The position numbers and the translations under genes are program-made. The notes under the pieces were generated by a model. That model saw nothing but the letters and a program-made list of their open reading frames with translations. It searched no databases and was not told where the DNA came from. A stretch of 64,000 nt of DNA from Macrostomum lignano (Eukaryota): NCBI GenBank assembly GCA_002269645.1, contig NIVC01001515.1:1-64000 (forward strand), written 5' to 3'. Positions 49,001-58,885 of the stretch are shown one piece after another (within the stretch, counting starts at the first letter, position 1; the number at the start of each line of letters is the position of its first letter).

Positions 49001-52000
49001 CTTAAAGGATGTTTGTTTGCAGGATGTTTGCTTGCAGGATGTTTGTTTGCAGGATGTTTGTTTGCAGGATGTTTGTTTGCAGGATGTTTGCTTGCAGGAT
49101 GTTTGCTTGCAGGATGTTTGCTTGCAGGATGTTTTCTTGCAGGATGTTTTCTTGCAGGATGTTTGCTTGCAGGATGCTTGTTTGCAGGATGTTTGTTTGC
49201 AGGATGTTTGCTTGCAGGATGTTTGCTTGCAGGATGTTTGCTTGCAGGATGCTTGTTTGCAGGATGTTTGCTTGCAGGATTTTTGTTTGCAGGATGTTTG
49301 CTTAAAGGATGTTTGTTTGCAGGATGTTTGTTTGCAGGATGTTTGCTTGCAGGATGTTTGTTTGCAGGATGTTTTCTTGCAGGATGTTTTCTTGCAGGAT
49401 GTTTGCTTGCAGGATGCTTGTTTGCAGGATGTTTGCTTGCAGGATGTTTGGTTGCAGGATGTTTGCTTGCAGGATGTTTGCTTGCAGGATGCTTGTTTGC
49501 AGGATGTTTGCTTGCAGGATGTTTGTTTGCAGTATGTTTGCTTGCAGGATGTTTGCTTGCAGGATGTTTTCTTGCAGGATGTTTGCTTGCAGAATGCTTG
49601 TTTGCAGGATGTTTGCTTGCAGTATGTTTGTTTGCAGGATGTTTGCTTGCAGGATGTTTTCTTGCAGGATGTTTTCTTGCAGGATGTTTGCTTGCAGGAT
49701 GCTTGTTTGCAGGATGTTTGCTTGCAGGATGTTTGCTTGCAGGATGCTTGTTTGGTGGAAGTTTGCTTGCAGGATGTTTGTTTGCAGGATGTTTGCTTGC
49801 AGGATGTTTGGTTGCAGGATGTTTGCTTGCAGGATGTTTGCTTGCAGGATGCTTGTTTGCAGGATGTTTGTTTGCAGGATGTTTGCTTGCAGGATGTTTG
49901 TTTGCAGGATGTTTGTTTGCAGGATGTTTGTTTGCAGGATGTTTGTTTGCAGGATGTTTGCTTGCAGGATGCTTGTTTGCAGGATGTTTGCTTGCAGGAT
50001 GTTTGGTTGCAGGATGTTTGCTTGCAGGATGTTTGCTTGCAGGATGTTTGTTTGCAGGATGTTTGCTTGCAGGATGTTTGTTTGCAGGATGTTTGTTTGC
50101 AGGATGTTTGCTTGCAGGATGTTTGCTTGCAGAATGTTTGCTTGCAGGATGTTTGCTTGCAGGATGTTTGCTTGAAGGATGTTTGTTTGCAGAATGTTTG
50201 TTTGCAGGATGTTTGCTTGCAGGATGTTTGGTTGCAGAATGCTTGTTTGCAGGATGTTTGCTTGCAGGATGTTTGTTTGCAGTATGTTTGCTTGCAGGAT
50301 GTTTGCTTGCAGGATGTTTTCTTGCAGGATGTTTGCTTGCAGGATGCTTGTTTGCAGGATGTTTGCTTGCAGGATGTTTGCTTGCAGGATGTTTGCTTGC
50401 AGGATGTTTGCTTGCAGGATGTTTGCTTGCAGGATGCTTGTTTGCAGGATGTTTGCTTGCAGGATGTTTGCTTGCAGGATGCTTGTTTGGTGGAAGTTTG
50501 CTTGCAGGATGTTTGTTTGCAGGATGTTTGCTTGCAGGATGTTTGCTTGCAGGATGTTTGCTTGCAGGATGTTTGCTTGCAGGATGTTTGCTTGCAGGAT
50601 GTTTGTTTGCAGGATGTTTGCTTGCAGGATGTTTGCTTTCAGGATGCTTGTTTGCAGGATGTTTGTTTGCAGGATGCTTCTTTGCTGGAAGTTTGCTTGC
50701 ACGATGTTTGTTTGCAGTATGTTTGCTTGCAGGATGTTTGCTTGCAGGATGTTTGTTTGCAGGATGTTTGCTTGCAGGATGTTTGCTTGCAGTATGTTTG
50801 TTTGCAGGATGTTTGCTTGCAGGATGCTTGTTTGCAGGATGTTTGTTTGCAGGATGTTTGCTTGCAGGATGTTTGCTTGTCGAAGGCTGTTTGCAGGAGT
50901 TTATCAAGCGGCACCAACCTACGAGCGTAACTGGTACGAGATGCATGTAGAGGGAGTACGGCCACCACGTGACTGGCGCACAAAGGGAGGTCTCCAGAAA
51001 GGAGGAGCGCTCCCTTAGGATGGCACCAAAAGAAAAAAAAGCTATAAAACAGTAAACAGAACGAGAAAAGAGGAACTGGCTTCCTAAAAAAGCAGTTTTC
51101 AGTGGTACACGTGAATGACTTTTACAATATTTTTAGGAAGCCGCAGGCAGTGCGGCGGCCTACCTGCTGACGATCAACGGCCGATTTCGCAACAGTCAAT
51201 TGGACTGCAGCTTCCGGTGCGCCAGCGGAGCCAGTGGCCGATTCAATAGGACGATCGGGTTCATCTGTAGGCAGCCCGGTTCTTCTGTACATGCATTCGT
51301 GCTTCTACAATAGAAAATCAAGCAAAAAAGAAGTTCGCTGCACTTTCAAATCGTTAATTTTCCTACGTTAAGTAGGGTAGCTGTAGTGCGCTGTCGACCT
51401 GAGGGAGGGTAGCTGTAGTGCGCTGTCGACCTGAGGAAGGGTAGCTGTGGTGCACTGTCGGACCTGAGGAAGGGTAGCTGTGGTGCACTGTCGGACCTGA
51501 GGAAGGGTAGCTGTGGTGCACTGTCAGACCTGAGGAAGGGTAGCTGTGGTGCACTGTCGGACCTGAGGAAGGGTAGCTGTGGTGCACTGTCGGACCTGAG
51601 GAAGGGTAGCTGTGGTGCACTGTCGGACCTGAGGAAGGGTAGCTGTGGTGCACTGTCGGACCTGAGGGATTGTAGCTGTGGGAGTGGTGCAATGTCGGAC
51701 GTGAGGGAGGGTAGCTGTGCTTCACTGCTTCATTATTTAACAACCAGTTCTAGAACAACGAGTTTTAGGTGAATTTCTGAGTCTTCTGTTCGGGAGCACG
51801 AGAATTGCCCGCCGAGCTTTGCCCGCAGTGGAATTTGCCCGCGAGTGAATTGCTCGCCGAGATTTTTCCCGCCGAGATTTGCCCGAAATGCTTTTTTTCT
51901 TGCGGCGCATTTAGTCACGTGACAGCTATATTTTGCATGCCCCCTAATGCTTATTAAGTCTTAATAAAGAGATTTATCCGATCAAAACGCTTTGATAGTA

Positions 52001-55000
52001 ACTGCATATCAAATTTATATTTTTCTTGTAGGCACTCAGTTCTGTATATACATGCATCTATTAATTCATGCATATTCCATGTCGCTTTGTTCCCCAAATC
52101 TCTTTAATAAGACTTACTAAGCATTGGGGAGGCAGTGCAGACAAAATCTGCGACGTGAAAAAATGCGCTGCAGGAAAAAAGCATTGCGGGCAAATCTCGT
52201 TGACCCTGTCTGTTCTACTACTCTATAAAATTAACAAATATAGTTTCTCTGAAGCTTGACGTCTTTTTAATGTCAAGGAAACTCCGAAGCCCTATCTAGC
52301 TAATGTATTCTGCAGTAAAAATTACACGATTTGCGAGTACAGAATTCTTCTTGAGCGATTTGTTTGCTCATGATCATTTATGCGTCTTAAGAGTCATTGT
52401 GGGCAGCAGAAGCATAAGTAAAAAGTAAATAATTTTTACTCAAAATACTCCGCAGCAAAGCCGAAAGCTGTCCATCTGGACATGGGCGGATCCGTGTGGG
52501 TCGTGGGGACCGAAGCGCTGGTGACCTTCAGTACCGAGCCGGCGTTTCCAAGGCCGCTGCACCACTGCCTGCTGATTGATCGAGCTGGCTCGCCGAAGCT
52601 GATCTTGGAGACCAAGCATGACAATGTTCGAGTCGGGGGTTTTTATGTTGAGTGGGATGGGACTTTATCCTCAGCTCTTTGTGGTTCGTTGGGGTGCAGA
52701 AGAGGTAGTTTGGGCTGCACTGCAACACACTCCAATGCATTCCAGTCGACTCCAATTGCAACCCAAGACAATGAACCACACTTAAGTGCACTTCAATACA
52801 TTCAATTCACTGAATCCCGCAGTTGACTGACGTGGGTGACGGACTGGAATTTCGCAGCAGCACGTTCAGCCTACGAGTCAACGAGTCGATGGTCGGCGGG
52901 AGCATTTCGTGCGCCTACTCTCTGGAGAGAACTTCGGAGGAGTCGCAAATAACCGAGAGCATACCGAAGTTGATTTGTGCGCGCTCACTGTGAAACTGCA
53001 TAGCACTCAGCCTTTTTGTACCGTTCAGTGTTTTACAGAGGGCGAGTCCCCTACATTGCTCTCTTGCACCGAAGGACACAGGTTCAAGTCCAGATATAGC
53101 CACTAGATAGTGCAAGTACCGTCTCCACAATCTCCCGCAGATTCGTGCAAAACGCTGTTCAATCAGCCGCCAGAAACTGATTGGCGGCCTGGCTTCACAT
53201 TCACATTCACTGTGAGCACGATTCCAACTCTTCGGAGCAGAAGTTGTTTGGCTACAACCCACACCTGCCACCTAAAGCATAGGCATGGGCGGAGTCGTCT
53301 GACATCTGTGTCTGTAAGCGACTAATTTGTCTTTTGAGGTGTGCGCCACTCTCCCTCAGGTCCGACAGTGCACCACATCTACCCTCCCTCAGGTCCGACA
53401 GTGCACCACATCTACCCTCCCTCAGGTCCGACAGTGCACCACAGCTACCCTCCCTCAGGTCCGACAGTGCACTATTGATAAAAGATGAAGTACTTAGGGT
53501 TGTCTCAAGGTGGCATGGTAGGTCTTTGAATCCCACCGCTGCCACCAACGAAGTAGATCGCTTTTTGCTTCCCGATTTAGTCACTTAAGCTTTACCTTAA
53601 GTCTCGAGCCTCTTCTCTCGGAAGCTTTCTTATTAGCTCTTAGTAGCGTCGGTAGTGCTGCCACCAGTTCCTTCATGTCTCGGCCTTCGGTGAGGTGAGC
53701 TTCCCGTCGGAACGAAATAAACAAGTCAAGGAACTCAGCACAGCGTGCAGATCTGCAGATTAATGAACAAGGCGTCCTGTCCTGTTCAGCAGATCCCGCC
53801 GGGCTCAGCGGGTGGCTGAGAAGGCAGTGTTAGCCTCCCTTAGGCTTCGGCGTCTAAGTTTAGTCAGGCCAATTACAGATAGCTTAAATGGGCAACTGAA
53901 CGAAGTCTGGAAAACTAGACTAAAGAAGAACTCCTTGACTGAACCAAGGGTGAGGGGCACGTATTTATAGGGGAATCCCCGCTGCGCCAGTGTGCGCCGG
54001 ACCTCGTGCCTTAGAGAAGGCAGGGTCTGCGGGTAAAGTGCACAGGGCCGCATGACTCATTATCTATTTTTAGAAACATGAGTCACCTATTACCTTAGAG
54101 AAGGCAAGGGCCCTGAAGCACGTGATTCCTCCTGTAAACATGGGCCAACAAGTACAGTAAACATGTCTACTGCACTTTAGGACTTCGAGAAAACAAGACT
54201 TGTCAAGTGACTTGCTCACCTGACAAGGGAAACAGGCCGCCAGCTTGATCTCAGGACAGGAACGAAACGCAGAGCAGGCCACAGCAGAGAAGCTCGTGGC
54301 TGCAAGCAAGAGCCCAGAGAAGAGATGGGGGGGCGACAGAGAACAGGCAGAAAACTACGAAGGCTACGGAGGCTGACCAGCGGCAGACAGCGACTTAGGG
54401 CGAGGGCGAGGGCGAGGGAAGCCGCTGACAATAGTGCGACGCCTAACACCAAACTAGCGGATCACTACAAAGAGGATGTCAAATTAAGCTATAGAAGCAA
54501 AGCTGCAATTGATAACTTATCAGAACAATCGACTAGAAACGCCAAGACATCTCATCTAGGTCCCATTCTAGTTGTTTTAGTCGGCTTCGGGATCCATTCT
54601 ATAGCTTAAGTAGTTGAAAATTCTCTTTGTCAAAAAGAACAATTGCAGGATAATCTACTTCAAGTATAGGATGGCTCGTTTGCTAAAAATTCAAATAGCT
54701 ATCTTTGCGTTCATACTAATAAGAAATATAAAACTGCACCACTTTCAGTCGAGTAACACAAGCAGCACGTTTTCGCTGATTGTTCCGAAGGAGTGGGCTG
54801 ATTCGGCGTCCGTCCATTGTCTGGTGAATCAGTCAGGGCTCATCCTGGACACTGTCAGTTCGACACTTGGCAGGCCATCGCAAGGTGAGAATGGTCTTCG
54901 TGAATCATGATGAATCAAACGAACATTGTCACTCCTGGTTTGCATAGCCACGAAAAATATGTATAAGCCGCATGATCATTCCAAAACTGGTCTCATTTGA

Positions 55001-55940
55001 AAATGGTCTGAACGAGCCTATACATTTAGTCTCTAAGCTTGTACGAAGAATATTGTACAAACAGGTCATCTACATGGGTGACCACTGACTGACTGGGTGA
55101 CCACTTTTATTTAACACATTAGGCATGTATTTGAATGCCGAAACCATTGCAGAAGACGACAATCCGGGAGGTTTTGGCTTGCCGCAGTTTCTAACGAGCT
55201 TCATTCTGGGCAGCTTGTTGGTTTTTTCTGGTCTCTGCGTCTCGTTTAGATTGCTCTGCTGTCGTCGCAATGCAGCGAAAGAGCCACCTGTCAAAGCTGA
55301 TGCGGATGGCATATGTAACAGCGAATTCATTGCTCTGTCCAAACTGTCCCAGAAATCCCCGAGAGCGGTTGTTGACGGGCATTCATGCCACCGCGGGAGT
55401 GGTACTCCTCCAATTGTCAAGCCACACTCCGGAGTAGTTGAGAATGAGTACGACGTGCTGGCGAGTGCATCGACTCCTGCAACTCACGTTGGAGTAGTTG
55501 AGGATGAGTACGACCTGCTGGCGAGTGCATCGACTCCTGCAACTTACTTTGGAGTAGTTGAGGATGAGTACGACCTGCTGGCGAGTGCATCGACTCCTGC
55601 AACTCACGTTGGAGTAGTTGAGGATGAGTACGACCTGCTGGCGAGTGCATCGACTCCTGCAACTCACATTGGAGTAGTTAAGGATGAGTACGACCTGCTG
55701 GCGAGTGCATCGACTCCTACAACTCACATTGGAGTAGTTGAGGATGAGTACGACCTGCTGGCGAATGTATCGACTCCTGCAACTCACGTTGGAGTAGTTG
55801 AGGATGAGTACGACCTGCTGGCGAGTGCATCGACTCCTACAACTTACTTTGGAGTAGTTGAGGATGAGTACGACCTGCTGGCGAATGTATCGACTCCTGC
55901 AGGCTCCACAAGTGTACTTGTGAATGAGTATGATGAGTAG
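40066..55940 (+). CDS. Uncharacterised type I membrane receptor-like gene: possible discoidin/F-lectin-like N-domain, three Ig-like units, TM helix and a tyrosine-motif tail; has frame lesions
   Basis: Hand-built exons: 40066-40171 (tentative), 40553-40774, 40925-41129 (one base too long), 44339-44502, 51137-51266, 52456-52625/31, 52823-52976, 53039-53211 (in-frame TAGs), 54749-54884 and 55123-55940. All have AG/GT ends and a repeating phase 1-0-1 pattern. Domain names rest on remote motif resemblance only. Confidence 0.6.
41297..43750. repeat. Satellite of 25/28-bp units (CCCATTCCACAGGTCCCATCCCGAT / CCCATTCCACAGGGTTCCATCTCCAGGT), intronic
   Basis: Directly visible. It is stop-free in several frames and produces spurious 750-835 aa ORFs. 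Confidence 0.97.
44036..44222. repeat. 25-bp minisatellite (GAGGGAATGGCACCGAGTGAGAGAA), about 7 copies
   Basis: Period 25 at 44041/44066/44091. Confidence 0.92.
44625..50880. repeat. 6.2-kb 15-bp satellite (GCAGGATGTTTG[C/T]TT)n with higher-order structure, intronic
   Basis: Directly visible. It explains the ~2000-aa LAGC/LQDVC/KHPAS ORFs. Confidence 0.98.
51375..51720 (-). repeat. 33-bp minisatellite, about 10 copies (inverted relative to the 53350-53472 array)
   Basis: GGGTAGCTGTGGTGCACTGTCGGACCTGAGGAA is the reverse complement of the unit at 53353 (CCCTCAGGTCCGACAGTGCACCACATCTACCCT), apart from 1-2 substitutions. Confidence 0.92.
51792..52207. mobile_element. Mutator-like MITE
   Basis: TIRs GGGAGCACGAGAATTGCCCGC and GGGTCAACGAGATTTGCCCGC (revcomp), TTGCCCGC subterminal repeats, and flanks CTTCTGTTC / TGTCTGTTC (7/9). 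Confidence 0.65.
53350..53472 (+). repeat. 33-bp minisatellite, about 4 copies
   Basis: Period 33 at 53353/53386. Confidence 0.9.
53527..53547 (+). other. tRNA-Leu 3'-end match including CCA (PBS-like on the minus strand)
   Basis: GAATCCCACCGCTGCCACCA matches the metazoan tRNA-Leu 3' end as recalled. A second partial match GCTGCCACCA lies at 53657-53666. No complete cloverleaf is present. Confidence 0.55.
55123..55940 (+). CDS. Terminal exon of the receptor-like gene: TM helix plus cytoplasmic 20-aa repeats
   Basis: FLTSFILGSLLVFSGLCVSF (TM), then RLLCCRRN (basic/Cys stop-transfer), then 8 x GVVEDEYDLLASASTPATH and a final VNEYDE*. Confidence 0.8.
55431..55900 (+). repeat. 60-bp in-frame coding minisatellite, 8 units
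   Basis: GGAGTAGTT(G/A) starts at 55431, 55491 ... 55851. Confidence 0.97.
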
Positions 55941-56439
55941 GCGAGCAATTAGGTACTGAATAAAATTGGATTTCGATTTTACAATATAAAGCCACGGAGC
56001 ATGCTGGGTGTGCTTCTAATTCTGAAAATATGTCGGTCAGATAATTGCAAGCACTCACAAAAATCTACTGAAACGCTAAATTTAATATAGCTTCCTTAGG
56101 TTGTCGCTGTGTCAATATTGTGCATCCGATGCGTCATTAGTTTTAACAGTATTACGTAAAGGAACATTAATAATTAGATTAATAATTAGCCAAATTGAAG
56201 CTCCTCATCTATCCTAATGAAGCTGTCTACGAGTAGACGGACTTTTGATCTTTCGCTCGAACTCGCCTCTATGCCTCTTAAGTACACAACATTATGCTTG
56301 ATTGGTTATCTAAAACACATACTATCTATATAACTACCGTTAATATTATTAATGACTCTAGCAACGCTAGAGAGCACACGCTGTTTGAACAGGCTGGGCA
56401 ACCGTAGATGAACCACTTAGGCAGGCGTGTAATTGGCAT

Positions 56440-56745
56440 AACAGTTTCTCTACTTCCAGCTCAGTAGTAAGGAAGGATGTGTAAGCTATTCTATGAAAAG
56501 ACAGGCAGCAGTTGGAGTGACTCGCAGACGCAAACAACTGGCTATTGGTGCAGCTATAATGTACATTAGGCCAGTCAGTGCAACTGAGAATGTACATGCC
56601 AGCTTTAGGCTACAACACCGAGGAGGGCAATAAAAATGGGGGCAGAGATTTTGTGTGGAAAGGCGAAGGGGTTTAGTCGGAGGGGTTCAGCTAGGGGTCA
56701 GAGGGCCAATAAATGAGTCTTGTCTTGAAATGCATTAAAACGCAT
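56440..56745 (+). repeat. Dispersed repeat, copy 2
   Basis: Homologous to 34190-34480. Confidence 0.8.
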
Positions 56746-57914
56746 CCGCAGTCATCAGAGGATCTGTGAATTGCTGAAGTTTATTGCTCTTTTTCATTAC
56801 TACTCAGTTTGCTTACTATTGGTGCACCTGGACTTCAGAAATCCTGGTGATTGGCACGTCGTATGGACTCAAAGCCAGATCTCAATAATGTACTTTGCCG
56901 CTCAATACTCAAATCGCTTAAAAAACTGCAAATGGCATTGACGGTGACGAATGATACTTAAAATTGAACAGCCATCTCTCTAGAATAGGTTTCGGTGTGT
57001 GCTCGACTCTTCGAGTTTCAACTCGATTTAGACCGAGTTTCATATCTAAAAAGCGTTTTGTCGAGTTTCAAGCTTTTTCAATACAGGACATTTCAGTCAT
57101 ATCGTGTAGCTATCCTGTATTCTGTATTTTGCTATGTAATGGATAATGCATAAAACCTACTTTAATATAATAATATACGAGCTAACTCATTCTGAAAAGT
57201 TTGTTCACTTTCCTAGAAAAATGCCACTGATTCTTATAATTTTTTTAATCGAACCAATTTTAACAAAGAGCTGCCCGATAGGTTTGAATTGTCAATTTAC
57301 GAAATTTAAATCAAATGAATTGATTTTAAATGGTTAAAACTTTAAAAGAGCTTCTTTAAAGCAAGAATTGATTTACGAGGCTTGAAACAGTAGAAATACA
57401 AAGCCATTTTTCCGCCCATCGAACTTAGAGGCATTTTTTTGACAATTGTTTTTTCTGCACCCGAACGGAGCAACGCAGGCATTCGAAATGCAAGAACACG
57501 GCCTAACTTTTTGTTGCGCACCTTCTCAAACAAGAATCAAGTTGCCAGCCCTCTGGACCGTCAAGACATTCGAAGATTCAACCGGAGGTCAATTTTTTCT
57601 GTAGTGTCTTCAATACATCCCTGTGTGCCAATCAGCACTGCGCCTCAGTGCAGCCTTGCCAAGCCTCCAAATTTCATCAGCACATCAAGCACATAAGTCT
57701 CCATCAGCTCTGACTTCGTTGGTCACTGGCCTTCACCCAGGCGGAGCTTCTGATCTGGACCTTCATTACGTGGCACCAGGTAACTACATGTATGGACTCG
57801 CAGTTGCAAATTATTTTATTATTTTACTTTTAATTACTCGTCTTTGTATTTCGTACAAAAATATATTTACGACTCGTTTCGCATGCCTGTTAATGCAATT
57901 TTTTCTCTTTTTCT

Positions 57915-58521
57915 ACCGTCTAAATGGTCTGCGCTCTTGTGCACTGCTTCCGTACACTTGTATTCTGCACGCAGTCAGTTTCTATACACAAATAGACACG
58001 GTTTAAGCTACCGTCAAAATTGTCTGCGCTCGTGTCACTACCATCAAAATGGTCTGCGCTCTTGTGTCACTACCGTCGAAATGGTCTGCGCTCTTGTGTC
58101 ACTACCGTCGAAATGGTCTGCGCTCTTGTGTCACTACCGTCGAAATGGTCTGCGCTCTTGTGTCACTACCGTCGAAATGGTCTGCGCTCTTGTGTCACTA
58201 CCGTCGAAATGGTCTGCGCTCTTGTGTCACTACCGTCGAAATGGTCTGCGCTCTTGTGTCACTACCGTCAAAATGGTCTGCGCTCTTGTGTCACTACCGT
58301 CAAAATGATCTGCGCTCTTGTGTCACTACCGTCAAAATGGTCTGCGCTCTTGTGTCACTACCGTCGAAATGGTCTGCGCTCTTGTGTCACTACCGTCAAA
58401 ATGGTCTGCGCTCTTGTGTCACTACCGTCGAAATGGTCTGCGCTCTTGTGTCACTACCGTCGAAATGGTCTGCGCTCTTGTGTCACTACCGTCGAAATGG
58501 TCTGCGCTCTTGTGTCACTAC
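57915..58521. repeat. 32-bp minisatellite (ACTACCGTCGAAATGGTCTGCGCTCTTGTGTC), resuming at 62867-62935
   Basis: Period 32 at 58101/58133. The array is split by the LTR element. Confidence 0.95.
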
Positions 58522-58885
58522 TGTTGTGCTTTTGGCTTTTAGCCTTTGGAAATTGTCAGTCTAGCGGTCTGTTGACCTCTGACGCGTCTATCATTTATTC
58601 CATAACTCAATAGCATGGTTCAATTCATCAACGCAGTCGCGTAACAAAAATGTCTATGGCAAAGCCATCAACCCACAACACCCTCCCTCTTCTATAGGTA
58701 GGTGTACAATTATCACTCAGGTGCGATAAAAAATTCTAGTTTTCTTGGCCAAGCGTTCGCTTCGCCTGGGTGACGGCTTGGATTGAACTCCGGCCTCAGT
58801 CTGTTGCTGTTGTGCTCTCTCAGCTTGTTCTGTTCCCGGTAGTGTCTCAGTGTCTGTCGATGACGGACGCGTCTGTTGGCCGTCG

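Noticed and set aside
41268-51018. ORFs of 750-2136 aa (WNG/GPIP, LAGC, LQDVC and KHPAS repeats)
   Set aside because: They are open in several frames on both strands because the 15/25/28-bp satellite units lack stops, and they lie in introns of the receptor gene model.
53039-53109. Stop-codon reassignment or readthrough to explain two in-frame TAGs
   Set aside because: TAG ends the phosphatase gene, the retrotransposon ORF2 and the receptor gene normally in this window. Mutation or exon skipping is simpler.
57530-57782. Possible exon of a further gene ending at CAG|GTAACT
   Set aside because: No unambiguous frame, recognisable domain or partner exon.
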